Of a stretch of 64,000 bases of DNA, positions 10,336-20,942 are shown piece after piece. How positions within the stretch are numbered: position 1 is the stretch's first letter; each line of letters starts with the position of its first letter. The notes under the pieces were generated by a model. The model was not told the origin of the DNA, did not search any database, and saw only the letters and a list, made by a program, of their open reading frames with translations. The translations under genes were made by a program, and so were the position numbers. This DNA is from an uncultured Anaerolineales bacterium (lineage in GTDB: Bacteria; Chloroflexota; Anaerolineae; Anaerolineales; UBA11858): NCBI GenBank assembly GCA_964618295.1, contig CAZTWV010000012.1, positions 929-64,928 of the forward strand, written 5' to 3'.

Positions 10336-10827
10336 ATGCTGGAATATTTGATTTTTGGAGTTGCTGCCTTGATTACCCTGGGCGCCGGGATCGCTGTTGT
10401 GACTGAGAAAAACATTCTTCACTCGGCATTTTTCCTGGTATTGTCATTCTTCGGGGTTGCTGTATTGTATGTCATGCTGGAAGCACCTTTTTTGGCCGTG
10501 GCTCAGATTTTGATCTACATTGGAGCAATTGCCGTTCTGATCATTTTTGCGATTATGCTCACCCGCAGATTGCTCAGTGAAGATTTAATCCAGCGTAATG
10601 CGCAGTGGTTTTGGTCTGCGCTTGGAGCACTGGCGTTCTTTGGTGTTTTAGCTTTGATCATTTTTGAGGTGAATTGGCCGGCTTTGCAAACTGCTGTACC
10701 GGAAGATCCTATTGTTCTGTTGGGGGAGGGTTTATTATCAACCTATTTGATCCCCTTTGAAATTGCATCCGTGCTTTTATTGGCCGCGCTAATTGGGGCG
10801 ATCATTATCGGCAGAGAGAACGAATAA
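10336..10827 (+). CDS. nuoJ: NADH-quinone oxidoreductase subunit J
   Basis: 163 aa polytopic protein with AVAQILIYIGAIAVLIIFAIML and a C-terminal FEIASVLLLAALIGA block; its position in the operon fits. Confidence 0.88.
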   Translation: MLEYLIFGVAALITLGAGIAVVTEKNILHSAFFLVLSFFGVAVLYVMLEAPFLAVAQILIYIGAIAVLIIFAIMLTRRLLSEDLIQRNAQWFWSALGALAFFGVLALIIFEVNWPALQTAVPEDPIVLLGEGLLSTYLIPFEIASVLLLAALIGAIIIGRENE

Positions 10828-10867
10828 TTATTTGCGGCTGAGGTTTCATTTTTTGAAGGAGTAAAGC

Positions 10868-11179
10868 ATGTCCATTCCAATTACCTGGTTCTTGTTGGTA
10901 GCCGCCGCATTATTTTGCATTGGCCTATATGGTGTCCTGTCCAGGCGAAATGCAATTGGTATCTTGATGGGTATTGAGCTGATGCTCAATGCTGTCAATA
11001 TCAATCTGGTTGCTTTTTGGCGCTACACAGCACCGGAACAGATGTCCGGCCAGATTTTCGCGCTCTTTGTGTTTGCAGTTGCGGCCGCAGAAGTAGCTGT
11101 GGGTCTCGCTCTGATTATTTCTCTGTACCGCAACCGAGAAACTGTGATCGTTGAAGATATTAATTTACTGAAACAATAG
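10868..11179 (+). CDS. nuoK: NADH-quinone oxidoreductase subunit K
   Basis: 103 aa, 3 [18 protein letters not shown]...[12 protein letters not shown] signature. Confidence 0.92.
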   Translation: MSIPITWFLLVAAALFCIGLYGVLSRRNAIGILMGIELMLNAVNINLVAFWRYTAPEQMSGQIFALFVFAVAAAEVAVGLALIISLYRNRETVIVEDINLLKQ

Positions 11180-11193
11180 CGGAGAGGAAACCA

Positions 11194-13380
11194 ATGCAAG
11201 AATTTTTCTTTAGTCTGACCTGGTTAATACCGATCTTTCCGTTTTTGGCATTTATCGTTATTATCCTGTTTACCCAGAAGAATAACAAGCTCAGTCATAC
11301 CATCAGTATTGGTGCAATAGCTCTTTCCTGGCTGCTGGGGTGGGCTGTAGTATTCAGCGCAGTTTTCACTCCCCATCTGGGGGAACATCCAATCCGGATG
11401 GTAGCCGATTGGTTCCCTACAGGGCCATCAACTTTCCAGATTGGTGTCTGGGTCGACCCGCTGATGGCTGTTACCCTTTTCATGGTCCCTTTTGTTTGTT
11501 TGATGATTTTCATTTATTCCGTAGGTTATATGGGGTTTGGGACGGATGAAGTCGATCCGAACTACGGCCGCTTTTTTGCTTATATCGCTCTTTTTGCGAC
11601 AGGAATGCTCGGCCTGGTGATCTCAGAGAATTTGCTGACATTGTTTATCTCCTGGGAGATCATGGGGTTGTGTTCTTATCTCTTAATTGGCTTCTGGTTC
11701 CAGAAAAATTATCCCGACCCGGATCAGATTACACCCCGCCAGGCCGGCTTGAAAGCTTTTCTGGTGACCAAGGTCGGCGATCTATTCCTGATGCTCGGTG
11801 TTATTTATCTCTACTCCCAGGCTGGATCCCTCAGTTATGCGGACACGCTTTTCAATCATGAATTTTTGATGCACCTCACAGAAACACCGGCGCTGCCGAT
11901 CTTTGGCGGTTGGTCAGCCGCATCCGCAATAGCTTTATTGGTGTTTGGCGGGGCGGTTGGAAAATCAGCCCAGTTCCCGCTTCATGTCTGGCTTCCGGAC
12001 GCCATGGAAGGTCCCACACCAGTCAGTGCCTTGATTCACGCTGCCACCATGGTTTCTGCGGGCGTTTTCCTGGTGGCGAGGATTTTTCCCTTGTTGAATG
12101 TTGTAGTTGAAGCGGAGGCTCATAACCCCACAATGGGTTTCATTGCCTTCATTGGAGCTTTTACTGCACTTTTTTCATCGATTATTGCGGTGGCCCAGGA
12201 TGATATTAAGGGAGTTCTGGCATTCTCCACCATCAGTCAGCTGGGGTACATGATGGCTGCGCTGGGTATCGGAGCTTACGTGGCCGGTGCTTTTCACCTG
12301 ATCACGCACGCTTTTTTCAAAGCTTTGCTCTTCATGGGATCCGGATCGGTAATTATCGGCTGCCATCATGAACAGGATATGCTGGAAATGGGGGGGCTCC
12401 GGAAAAAAATGCCCCGCACATTCTGGACCTTTGTAGCCGGAGGGTTTGCCCTTTCCGGATTCCCGTTGATCACCTCGGGTTTCTGGAGTAAAGACGAGAT
12501 CCTGGCACACGCTTTTGATGAGTTCCTTCATGAGGGGATTGTTTCCTGGCCTTTCTTTGTCTGGGTCCTGCTGACAGTGGCGGCATTCTTAACTGCCTTT
12601 TACACAGCCAGGCAAATCTCTCTGACATTCCTGGGGAAACCGCGCAGTGAGCATGCTGAACACGCCCACGAAACACCAAACACGATGACGGTGCCGCTGA
12701 TGATCCTGGCCTTTTTTGCTCTTACTCTTGGTTTCCTGGGAATTCCAGAAGAAATCATCGGTGAAGGTAACAACTGGTTCCACCACTTTGTGGGACACGA
12801 ATATCCTTCCACACCCTTGAGTATTACGGTTATGCTGCTGTCTTCAGTTCTCGCGGTGGGCGGGCTTGGCTTAGGGTGGTGGGTGTACGGCCGTAAGCCG
12901 CTTGAGTACGGTCAGACTGACCCGCTGGAAAAGGGTATGTACAATCTCAAACTGGGCTGGCTTTACCGGGCGATGGAGAATCGTTTTTATTTTGATGAAC
13001 TTTATCAGGCTACTATCATTCAGGGATCAATCAAATTGGCAGATCTATTCTACAATTTTGATTACCACTGGGTGGTGGATCCTTTTGTAAATTTGGTTGC
13101 AGCAGGCGCCCGGGGATTTTCATCTGTTTTCAATTGGTTTGATGAACATATTGTGGACGCACTGGTCAATTTGACCGGTATTTCCAGCGTGAACCTTTCC
13201 AACCTGGGTGGGATCACGGATTTGAAAGTTGTTGATGGTATGGTCAATGGCATTGCGGATATCACTGGATGGGTCGGGGAGAAAGTGCTGCGGCCGATTC
13301 AAACGGGCAAATTACAGAATTATCTGCTCGTTGTCCTGTTATCTGTACTGGCTATTCTTGGTATTAATCTGGTCTATTAG
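11194..13380 (+). CDS. nuoL: NADH-quinone oxidoreductase subunit L
   Basis: 728 aa antiporter-like subunit: WEIMGLCSYLLIGFW, GKSAQFPLHVWLPDAMEGPTPVSALIHAATMV, and a long C-terminal amphipathic extension. Confidence 0.92.
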   Translation: MQEFFFSLTWLIPIFPFLAFIVIILFTQKNNKLSHTISIGAIALSWLLGWAVVFSAVFTPHLGEHPIRMVADWFPTGPSTFQIGVWVDPLMAVTLFMVPFVCLMIFIYSVGYMGFGTDEVDPNYGRFFAYIALFATGMLGLVISENLLTLFISWEIMGLCSYLLIGFWFQKNYPDPDQITPRQAGLKAFLVTKVGDLFLMLGVIYLYSQAGSLSYADTLFNHEFLMHLTETPALPIFGGWSAASAIALLVFGGAVGKSAQFPLHVWLPDAMEGPTPVSALIHAATMVSAGVFLVARIFPLLNVVVEAEAHNPTMGFIAFIGAFTALFSSIIAVAQDDIKGVLAFSTISQLGYMMAALGIGAYVAGAFHLITHAFFKALLFMGSGSVIIGCHHEQDMLEMGGLRKKMPRTFWTFVAGGFALSGFPLITSGFWSKDEILAHAFDEFLHEGIVSWPFFVWVLLTVAAFLTAFYTARQISLTFLGKPRSEHAEHAHETPNTMTVPLMILAFFALTLGFLGIPEEIIGEGNNWFHHFVGHEYPSTPLSITVMLLSSVLAVGGLGLGWWVYGRKPLEYGQTDPLEKGMYNLKLGWLYRAMENRFYFDELYQATIIQGSIKLADLFYNFDYHWVVDPFVNLVAAGARGFSSVFNWFDEHIVDALVNLTGISSVNLSNLGGITDLKVVDGMVNGIADITGWVGEKVLRPIQTGKLQNYLLVVLLSVLAILGINLVY

Positions 13381-13418
13381 ATTTAAAATTTGAGGAATGT
13401 TGTTAGAGGAGTAATAAA

Positions 13419-14960
13419 ATGAGCTTTCCAATCTTAAGTGTCATTACATTTTTCCCGCTCTTAGGGGCATTGATTGTCTTGATTCTTCCCAAGGATCGAA
13501 AAAATTGGATCCGGTGGAGTGCTATTGTACTCAGCTTTGTCCCCCTGGCGCTGGCTGTTTATGTCTTTACGGTTGTGCGCCTTAATCCGGGAGAAATGCA
13601 GTTCATGGAAGAATACTCCTGGATCTCAGCAATTGATGTCTTCTACCGGATGGGTGTAGATGGATTGAGCGCAGTGCTATTAGTTTTGACCGCACTGCTG
13701 TCCACCCTCTGCCTTTTCTACTCTGCTTATACGATAGAGGACCGGGTAAAAGAATATTACCTGCTCTTCCTCCTCCTGCAAACCGGGATGAGCGGTGTTT
13801 TTGTTTCCCTTGACTTCATTTTCTTCTATGTTTTCTGGGAAATCGGTCTGGTTCCGATGTACCTGTTGATTGGTGTTTGGGGTGGAGAAAGAAGAATTTA
13901 TGCCTCAATTAAATTCTTCCTCTACACGCTGGCCGGAAGTATGGCTATGCTTTTGGCTATTATCGGGGTCTACCTAAATACAGGGACATTCGATATCCTG
14001 CAGGCGGCCGCAGCCAAGCCGTTTGCTAACAATTTCACGCTGGCAGCTGCGGCATTCTGGGCATTCTTTATCGCCTTTGCGATCAAGGTCCCAACTTTTC
14101 CGTTTCACACCTGGCTCCCGGATGCACATACAGAAGCACCGACTGCGGGCAGTGTTATCCTTGCCGGTGTGCTGTTGAAGTTAGGCGCCTACGGTTTGAT
14201 TCGGATTGTGCTGCCCTTGTTCCCAGAACCCTTTGCGTTTTACTCCTTCAATGTTCCGATCATTCCGATCCTGGCGGTGATCAGCATCGTTTACGGGGCC
14301 CTGGTTTGTATGGCTCAGTGGGATTTGAAGCGGCTGATTGCTTATTCCTCCGTGAGCCACATGGGCTATGTCACCCTCGGCATCAGTGCCGCTGCTGCCG
14401 GATTGGCAGTCAATGGAGGAGAGGAGACCCTGACCTCGGCAATTATCGGTCTCAATGGAGCGTCTCTGCAGCTCTTTACCCACGGGATTATCACCGGCGG
14501 ATTGTTTTTCCTGGTGGGCATGATTTACGACAGGGCGCATACCCGGCAAATTAAAGACTTTGGCGGATTGGGAGCAAAAGTCCCCTACTACTACGGCTTG
14601 ATGCTGGTCACCGGTTTTGCTTCTTTGGGACTTCCTGGATTGGCCGGGTTCTGGTCTGAATTCTTTGTCTTCCGGGGTGCGTTTGCAATCATCCCCGTTT
14701 TCGCAGCAATTGGTGTGCTGGGGATTGTCTTCACCGCAGCCTATATTCTCTGGAAGATTGTTCAGAATGTCTTCCTCGGAGAATTTGATCAAGAAAAATG
14801 GGACAGGGTAACGCATAATGCGGTTTTGACCGATGTTAAAACTTTTGAAAAGGTGACCATGTGGCCGCTGATTATCTTGATGGTTCTGGTCGGCTTGTAT
14901 CCATCCCTGGTGGTGGATTTGCTGAATGCTGTTTCAACAGTGATTTTGAGCCATTTCTAA
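13419..14960 (+). CDS. nuoM: NADH-quinone oxidoreductase subunit M
   Basis: FYVFWEIGLVPMYLLIGVWGG, KVPTFPFHTWLPDAHTEAPTAGSVILAGVLLKLG signatures. Confidence 0.92.
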   Translation: MSFPILSVITFFPLLGALIVLILPKDRKNWIRWSAIVLSFVPLALAVYVFTVVRLNPGEMQFMEEYSWISAIDVFYRMGVDGLSAVLLVLTALLSTLCLFYSAYTIEDRVKEYYLLFLLLQTGMSGVFVSLDFIFFYVFWEIGLVPMYLLIGVWGGERRIYASIKFFLYTLAGSMAMLLAIIGVYLNTGTFDILQAAAAKPFANNFTLAAAAFWAFFIAFAIKVPTFPFHTWLPDAHTEAPTAGSVILAGVLLKLGAYGLIRIVLPLFPEPFAFYSFNVPIIPILAVISIVYGALVCMAQWDLKRLIAYSSVSHMGYVTLGISAAAAGLAVNGGEETLTSAIIGLNGASLQLFTHGIITGGLFFLVGMIYDRAHTRQIKDFGGLGAKVPYYYGLMLVTGFASLGLPGLAGFWSEFFVFRGAFAIIPVFAAIGVLGIVFTAAYILWKIVQNVFLGEFDQEKWDRVTHNAVLTDVKTFEKVTMWPLIILMVLVGLYPSLVVDLLNAVSTVILSHF

Positions 14961-14987
14961 ACCACAGACCTAAGAGAGGCTATTTAC

Positions 14988-16457
14988 GTGCAAATGTTAC
15001 GATTTCTCCTACCACAATTACTGCTCTTCCTGACAGCTGTGCTGGTTTTCGGAAGTGACCTGGTTGGAAGAAAAGAAAAAAAATGGCTTCCAGGGCTGGC
15101 TTTTGCGGGATCCCTTCTCTCCCTGGGTGCAGCGGTTGCCCTCCTGTTCCAGGACACTCTCCCAAAGGAAAGTATTCTGGGCGGGATGATTGCTGTGGAC
15201 GCCTTTACGATTTTCTTCCAGATATTCGCTGCTGGAGTTTCTGGGCTGGTGATCTTAATTGCAGCTGATTACATGAGAGATAAAACTCCCTACAAAGGTG
15301 AGTTTTATATCTTTATCTTGCTGGCCAGTTTTTCAATCTCACTCCTGGCATCATCCGCGGACCTGGTGATGGCTTTTATCAGTTTTGAATTATTAAGCAT
15401 CGCTTCTTACATAATGACTGGTTATCTCAGAAATGATCCAAGATCCAGTGAAGCAGCCATCAAATATTTCCTTTATGGTGCAGTGGCGTCGGCTGTCATG
15501 CTGTTTGGGATGTCTTTCCTGTACGGGGCCACAGGTTCAACCAATCTGGTTCAGATTGGTGAGCGCCTCGCTGCGAGCGATGCGGGGATTCGCTGGGCTG
15601 TGTTTCCTGCCCTGGCAATGCTGCTGGCCGGTTTTGGATACAAAATCGCGGCAGTCCCATTTCATCAGTGGTCACCCGATGCATATGAAGGAGCTCCAAC
15701 CCCTGTCACTGCCTTCCTGGCCGTAGGTTCGATTGCGGGTGGTTTTGCTGTTCTGATCCGGGTTTTGCTAACTGCCTTTCCGGAGTTCACGCTGGATTGG
15801 ACAGCACTGCTGATGGCGATCTCAATGATGAGTATGACCCTGGGAAATATGGTTGCGCTGAGTCAGAAAAACATCAAAAGGATGCTGGCGTATTCAGGCA
15901 TCGCTCACGGTGGATACATGCTGATAGGCTTGATCTCCTGGGATTTATTCCAATCCGCCAGTATTTTTGACGGTCTCAGCGGAGTACTGCTGTATATGCT
16001 GGTTTATCTGGTTGCGAATCTCGGAGCGTTTGCCGTAGTAATCGCTTTTGAACTGCAAACCAAATCAAACCAGATTGAGGATTACGGCGGTTTAATCAAG
16101 CGGTCACCACTCCTGGCTGGCACTATGGTGATTTTCCTGCTGTCTTTAATCGGGATCCCCGGTACCGGCGGTTTTATAGGCAAATTCCTGGTCTTCGGGG
16201 CAGCGATGCGGACAGAATTTTATATCCTGGTGATTGTTGCGATTATTAACAGCGTGATCGCCGGTTTTTATTATCTCAATGTTATCCGTTATATGTTCTT
16301 CCAGTCTGAAGATGATAATGCGGTAAAAACGTTCCAGATTCCGGGATCGCTGACCGCTGTGATTATTTTTTCATGTGTCTTCACGATCGTGATGGGGATC
16401 TTCGCACAGCCTTTTATCGCTTTTGTGCAGTCATCCTTGACGATGTTCAATTTTTGA
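14988..16457 (+). CDS. nuoN: NADH-quinone oxidoreductase subunit N
   Basis: KIAAVPFHQWSPDAYEGAPTPVTAFL, MLAYSGIAHGGYML signatures. The GTG start lies 8 nt after AGAGAGG; ATG 14994 is an alternative. Confidence 0.9.
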   Translation: MQMLRFLLPQLLLFLTAVLVFGSDLVGRKEKKWLPGLAFAGSLLSLGAAVALLFQDTLPKESILGGMIAVDAFTIFFQIFAAGVSGLVILIAADYMRDKTPYKGEFYIFILLASFSISLLASSADLVMAFISFELLSIASYIMTGYLRNDPRSSEAAIKYFLYGAVASAVMLFGMSFLYGATGSTNLVQIGERLAASDAGIRWAVFPALAMLLAGFGYKIAAVPFHQWSPDAYEGAPTPVTAFLAVGSIAGGFAVLIRVLLTAFPEFTLDWTALLMAISMMSMTLGNMVALSQKNIKRMLAYSGIAHGGYMLIGLISWDLFQSASIFDGLSGVLLYMLVYLVANLGAFAVVIAFELQTKSNQIEDYGGLIKRSPLLAGTMVIFLLSLIGIPGTGGFIGKFLVFGAAMRTEFYILVIVAIINSVIAGFYYLNVIRYMFFQSEDDNAVKTFQIPGSLTAVIIFSCVFTIVMGIFAQPFIAFVQSSLTMFNF

Positions 16458-16506
16458 TCGTTAGTGAAGGATTGATGAGTGCTGGAAGGGCTAAACAGAT
16501 GGTTGG

Positions 16507-16535
16507 TTGACAGTGTTTTTCCTTCTGAGTAAAAT
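16507..16535 (+). promoter_or_regulatory. Sigma-70-type promoter for the F0 operon (TTGACA-17 nt-TAAAAT)
   Basis: TTGACA at 16507-16512, a 17-nt spacer, TAAAAT at 16530-16535, located 36 nt upstream of the first F0-operon ORF. Confidence 0.7.
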
Positions 16536-16571
16536 ACCTTCAGCTAAATTGAACAAACAAGGGAATAAATT

Positions 16572-16844
16572 GTGAGCCAAGAAAACGGCGAGACCAAAAA
16601 AAAGTATAAATGGCAGGATACTGCCTGGGTTTTAGCACTTGGCGGTCAGGCTGGACTTCTGATTGCTTTTCCTGTTTTACTCGGTCTGGCTGGAGGATAT
16701 TTTCTGGACCGAGCTCTGGATACTCTACCATTCATAACTTTGTTTTTTACCTTGATAGGAATTATCGGTGGTCCAATTTTGGTCTACCGCTGGATAAATA
16801 GCACAGTCAGAAAGCGGCTCCAAGAACATAAAAAGGAAGAGTAA
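16572..16844 (+). CDS. AtpZ/AtpI-like small membrane protein preceding the F0 genes
   Basis: 90 aa with two hydrophobic helices and a basic N- and C-terminus. Its position directly upstream of atpB is typical for AtpI/AtpZ. GTG start. Confidence 0.55.
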   Translation: MSQENGETKKKYKWQDTAWVLALGGQAGLLIAFPVLLGLAGGYFLDRALDTLPFITLFFTLIGIIGGPILVYRWINSTVRKRLQEHKKEE

Positions 16845-16851
16845 TGCTGGT

Positions 16852-17751
16852 ATGAACACCGCAAACCTGCGCAAAAATATTGTTCGCATTGTAATTATTG
16901 TTGCTGTCCTGGGATTGACCGGATATGGGATAATCATGCCTGGAAAAGAGCTGCCTGAGATTAGTATGGCAGCTGAAATTATCCCTATACACCTTCCGAT
17001 ACCGGGATTTGACCATGGCATTCCCAACACACTTCCCACAGCAATTTTCACCTCATTGATGTTGATCTTGGTAGGATTTGGCTACTACCGGGCGGTCCGG
17101 AAAGCCGAAAAGGATGGAGAAGAAAGCCGGTTTTTAATCGCTGTCGAAGGAATCATTGAAACGGTCTATTCGTTTGTGCAATCAGTTGTAGGGGAAGATT
17201 TAGCCCGGATTTTCTTTCCAATTATTGGAACATTTTTTTTCTTTATCTTGTTTTCCAACTGGTTAGGTTTGGTCCCGGGAATGAGTTCAATCGGAGTTTG
17301 GGGAGAACATCATGGGGAAGAAGCGCTGATTCCAATCATGCGTTCACCAACTGCGGATCTAAGCACCACAACTGGCCTAGCTCTTATCTCTCTCGCTGTG
17401 ACCCAGTATTATGGGTTCAAATTTCAGGGCGGAAAATACCTAAAAAAGTTTTTCAATTTCAGCGCACCTCCTGGAAGCAGCGGGGCATTAAAACCTGTTT
17501 TGGTGTTCGCCAATGGATTTGCAGGTATCCTGGAGTTAATTGCGGAATTTATTAAAATCCTGTCATTTGCCTTCCGTCTTTTTGGAAATGTTTTTGCAGG
17601 AGAAGTGTTGTTGATTGTTATAAGTTTCCTGGCATCATTTATCGCTGTGATTCCGTTTATGGGTCTGGAGCTGTTTGTTGGAGCAATTCAGGCTTTGATA
17701 TTTTCGATTTTGTCACTGATTTTCTTTCAAATGGCAGCTCACCATCACTAA
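16852..17751 (+). CDS. atpB: F0F1 ATP synthase subunit a
   Basis: SFAFRLFGNVFAGEVLL (essential Arg motif) and a C-terminal LIFSILSLIFF block; 5-6 TM. Confidence 0.9.
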   Translation: MNTANLRKNIVRIVIIVAVLGLTGYGIIMPGKELPEISMAAEIIPIHLPIPGFDHGIPNTLPTAIFTSLMLILVGFGYYRAVRKAEKDGEESRFLIAVEGIIETVYSFVQSVVGEDLARIFFPIIGTFFFFILFSNWLGLVPGMSSIGVWGEHHGEEALIPIMRSPTADLSTTTGLALISLAVTQYYGFKFQGGKYLKKFFNFSAPPGSSGALKPVLVFANGFAGILELIAEFIKILSFAFRLFGNVFAGEVLLIVISFLASFIAVIPFMGLELFVGAIQALIFSILSLIFFQMAAHHH

Positions 17752-17789
17752 ACGACTGCCTATCTATGCAAATTAAAGGAGAAATTTGA

Positions 17790-18032
<243 letters not shown>

Positions 18033-18042
18033 GGAGGAAGTC

Positions 18043-18780
18043 GTGGGTGAAGCCTTATCAGCCATGGGAATCAATCTACCATTTTTGATTTCTCAAGTGG
18101 TTAACTTCCTGATCCTTTTCGGGGCTTTGACTTTCCTGCTCTGGAAACCTGTTCGGAAACGAATGGATGAACGGCAGGAAATGCTCAGACAGCAAGAATC
18201 GGATGCAGCAGCTGCTGCCAGGGAAAGAGAAGCAATAGAAGAAGAACGTCAAAAAGTGCTTGAATCTGCCAAGAAAGAAGCAGATCAGATCATCGCGGAA
18301 GCGTATGAACGCATTGAAACGATTAAAGATGAAGCTGAAAAAGACGCAGAAAAAATCAAGGAAGCGGCCAAAGAATCTGCTCGAGAAGAGGAAATCCGGG
18401 CTCTCAAAGGCGTGAGGGATCAAGTCGCACCAATTGCGATTGCCGCAGCTCAAAAATTAATTGGTACAGCACTGGATGAAGCCCGGCAGCGGTCTTTACT
18501 GAATGAATTTTTCTCACAGATCAAAGCCGGAAAGTTTGTGGTGCTGGAGGGGGTTAAGGTTGAAGGAAATCAGGTTGAAGTGACCAGTGCTCTGCCCTTG
18601 CTGGAAGAAGAAAAAAATACCATTAAGAAAGATCTAGGCGGAAAGATCAGTAAAGACATCACTGTCAAATTTACTGTTAATCCTGATATCCTTGGTGGAA
18701 TGATTATCAAGGTCGACGACAAAGTGTATGATCATTCTGTTTCCGGTCAGCTGGCTGAACTGAAATCTGTTTTGAATTGA
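18043..18780 (+). CDS. atpF: F0F1 ATP synthase subunit b fused to a delta (OSCP) C-terminal domain
   Basis: N-terminal TM plus a long charged helix (b-type, ending AAAQKLIGTALDEARQRSLLNEFFSQI). An 85-aa tail then follows, VEVTSALPL...ITVKFTVNPDILGGMIIKVDDKVYDHSVSGQLAELKSVL. It matches the delta C-terminal signature (compare E. coli [30 protein letters not shown]). Confidence 0.8.
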   Translation: MGEALSAMGINLPFLISQVVNFLILFGALTFLLWKPVRKRMDERQEMLRQQESDAAAAAREREAIEEERQKVLESAKKEADQIIAEAYERIETIKDEAEKDAEKIKEAAKESAREEEIRALKGVRDQVAPIAIAAAQKLIGTALDEARQRSLLNEFFSQIKAGKFVVLEGVKVEGNQVEVTSALPLLEEEKNTIKKDLGGKISKDITVKFTVNPDILGGMIIKVDDKVYDHSVSGQLAELKSVLN

Positions 18781-18810
18781 TCATTATTAACTTGTTAGTG
18801 GTACTATTAA

Positions 18811-18848
18811 GACGCCCTGGGACCCCGTTCCCGCGGGCGTCTTTTGTC
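18811..18848 (+). terminator. Rho-independent terminator after the F0 operon
   Basis: GACGCCC...GGGCGTC stem followed by TTTTGTC, 30 nt after the atpF stop. Confidence 0.75.
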
Positions 18849-18886
18849 TAAGCTGGAAAATAAAATTAGGAAAAATTCGGTTTGCA

Positions 18887-20455
18887 ATGAAAGATTTATC
18901 TCAACTTCTGAAGGAAATTCAAATAAAAAACCTGATCTCAGAGGAACTTCCAAAAATAACCGGTATAAAAATTGATTCAAGGGAAGTCACTGAAGGTGAT
19001 TTGTTTGTAGCGATTCCAGGGACCCAGACAGATGGTCATCAATACATCTCCGACGCAGTGGAAAGGGGAGCCGCTGCGGTTCTTGGAACCAAAGAGGATT
19101 CCCTTGTTTCAAGTTCAAAACAAATTTATCTCCAGGTTGATGACAGCCGTCAGGCGCTGGCTCAACTCACAGCAGCCTGGTACGGCTACCCCGCCAGAAA
19201 TTTGGTGGTAATCGGTGTGACAGGTACAGATGGAAAAACCACCACAGCTAACCTGGTTTATCAAATTCTTGGGGCTGCTGGGATTCAAGCTGGTTTAATT
19301 TCTACCGTTAACGCCCAGATTGGATCTGAAATAATTGATACAGGATTTCATGTGACCACACCGGAAGCAGCTGATGTACAGCACTACCTGGCTGAAATGG
19401 TCCGGGCCGGATTAACCCATGTGGTCCTCGAGGCCACATCACACGGGTTGGCTCAAAAACGGGTGGCTGCTTGTGAGTTTGATATCGGAATCGTGACCAA
19501 TATAACCCATGAACACCTCGATTATCACGGAGATTATCCAGCTTATTTCAATGCCAAGGCGGAGTTATTCCAGCTGGTGGCGCAAAAGAAAAATAAATCG
19601 CATCAGATTCAGCCGCTGGCTGTTTTGAACCAGGATGACCGTTCATTTTCTGATCTGGCAGAATTATGCCAAAATCTTGAGTTGAGTTTTTGTACTTATT
19701 CTCGGAGCAAGGAAGCTGATTTTCAGGGGTCGAATATATCCGCTTCTTTCCAGGGTTTAGAGTTTGATTTGTTTACTACGGAGAGTACGATCAGGATCTC
19801 GTCTGATTTGTTAGGTGACTATAATGTTTCCAATATCCTGGCTGCGGCTTCTGCCTGCTCTCTGGGTCTCTCTGTATCTCCGGGGGAAATTGCGGAAGGA
19901 GTAAAGGAGCTTGAGGGAGTTCCGGGCCGAATGGAGTTGATCAATGAAGGGCAAAATATCACCGCTATTGTTGATTTTGCTCACACCCCAAATGCCCTTG
20001 CTGGCTCACTTTCCTCCGCCAGGGAGATGACGGATGGCAGGGTAATTGCTGTCTTTGGATCTGCTGGTCTCCGAGATCTGGAAAAGCGGAGATTGATGGC
20101 AGAGGTCTCTGCGGATCAAGCAGATTTCACGATTCTAACGGCTGAGGATCCCCGGACCGAGAACCTGGATACAATTTTAGATCAAATGGCTGAAGGGCTG
20201 AGATCTAAAGGAAAAATGCTTGAAAAAGATTTTCTCAAGATTCCAGACCGAGGTGATGCAATCCGAGCAGCTCTCAAGATGGCATCCGAAGAGGATCTCG
20301 TGATTGTTTGTGGGAAGGGGCATGAGCAATCGATGTGTTTTGGTGATGTTGAATATGAGTGGGATGATCGGACTGCGGTCAGAGCCGCTCTGGGGGAAAT
20401 GCTCGGAAATTTTCAGGTCAAGATGCCCTATCTCCCCACAAGCCGTGGGCAGTAA
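18887..20455 (+). CDS. murE: UDP-N-acetylmuramoyl-L-alanyl-D-glutamate--2,6-diaminopimelate ligase
   Basis: GVTGTDGKTTT P-loop, Mur ligase middle and C-terminal domains, and a DPR motif (EDPRTE) consistent with a DAP-adding MurE (DNPR-like). Confidence 0.88.
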   Translation: MKDLSQLLKEIQIKNLISEELPKITGIKIDSREVTEGDLFVAIPGTQTDGHQYISDAVERGAAAVLGTKEDSLVSSSKQIYLQVDDSRQALAQLTAAWYGYPARNLVVIGVTGTDGKTTTANLVYQILGAAGIQAGLISTVNAQIGSEIIDTGFHVTTPEAADVQHYLAEMVRAGLTHVVLEATSHGLAQKRVAACEFDIGIVTNITHEHLDYHGDYPAYFNAKAELFQLVAQKKNKSHQIQPLAVLNQDDRSFSDLAELCQNLELSFCTYSRSKEADFQGSNISASFQGLEFDLFTTESTIRISSDLLGDYNVSNILAAASACSLGLSVSPGEIAEGVKELEGVPGRMELINEGQNITAIVDFAHTPNALAGSLSSAREMTDGRVIAVFGSAGLRDLEKRRLMAEVSADQADFTILTAEDPRTENLDTILDQMAEGLRSKGKMLEKDFLKIPDRGDAIRAALKMASEEDLVIVCGKGHEQSMCFGDVEYEWDDRTAVRAALGEMLGNFQVKMPYLPTSRGQ

Positions 20456-20493
20456 CCCTTTGTAAATAAGCTTTTCTATAGAATAACCGTCTA

Positions 20494-20522
20494 TTGACAA
20501 AATGCTGATAGAGTAGTATTCT
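20494..20522 (+). promoter_or_regulatory. Sigma-70-type promoter of the PadR/NifX-like/MinD-like cluster (TTGACA-17 nt-TATTCT)
   Basis: TTGACA 20494-20499 and TATTCT 20517-20522. The -10 element is one arm of an inverted repeat, TAGAATA (20480-20486) / TATTCTA (20517-20523). Confidence 0.6.
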
Positions 20523-20548
20523 ATGTGCTGTATGCTAAGGAGGTCTTG

Positions 20549-20941
20549 ATGCCAGGTCACGGACAGGGGAGAAAGCGCGGCTGCAGGTTTCCACGCCAGA
20601 GGCGGGGGATGCGGCTCATGCTCAGGCCTTGTTTGCTGTTGATGCTCGCCCAAAAGGAATCCCACGGCTATGAGCTTTTTGATGAGCTGAAGGAATTTGG
20701 ATTCAACCTCGAAAACCTGGATTCCAGCGTGGTCTACCGGGATCTTCGCGAGATGGAGGATCTGGAATTGATTGAGTCTTATTGGGATGAAGAAAGCAAA
20801 GGACCCAAAAGACGTGTGTACCGGCTTCTGGAAGAGGGGAAGATTTGCCTGGAATCATCCGTGGAAAATTTGATTTTACTTCGAAATAATATCGATCAGA
20901 TTATTCAAAGTTTTCAGGATCAATACAATCAGGAGGGATAA
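20549..20941 (+). CDS. PadR-family transcriptional regulator
   Basis: LRPCLLLMLAQKESHGYELFDELKEFGF...VVYRDLREMEDLELIES...GPKRRVYRLLEEG is a PadR winged helix. AAGGAGG sits 5 nt before ATG 20549; the ORF-track start 20525 is probably too early. Confidence 0.8.
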   Translation: MPGHGQGRKRGCRFPRQRRGMRLMLRPCLLLMLAQKESHGYELFDELKEFGFNLENLDSSVVYRDLREMEDLELIESYWDEESKGPKRRVYRLLEEGKICLESSVENLILLRNNIDQIIQSFQDQYNQEG

Positions 20942-20942
20942 A

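Noticed and set aside
14181-14816. 211-aa minus-strand ORF inside nuoM. The same applies to 12175-12531, 9472-9720, 20177-20665, 24650-25090, 43713-44213, 44214-44678 and 61916-62488.
   Set aside because: All are antisense or out-of-frame to strongly supported genes and have no recognisable domains or RBS. They are shadow ORFs.
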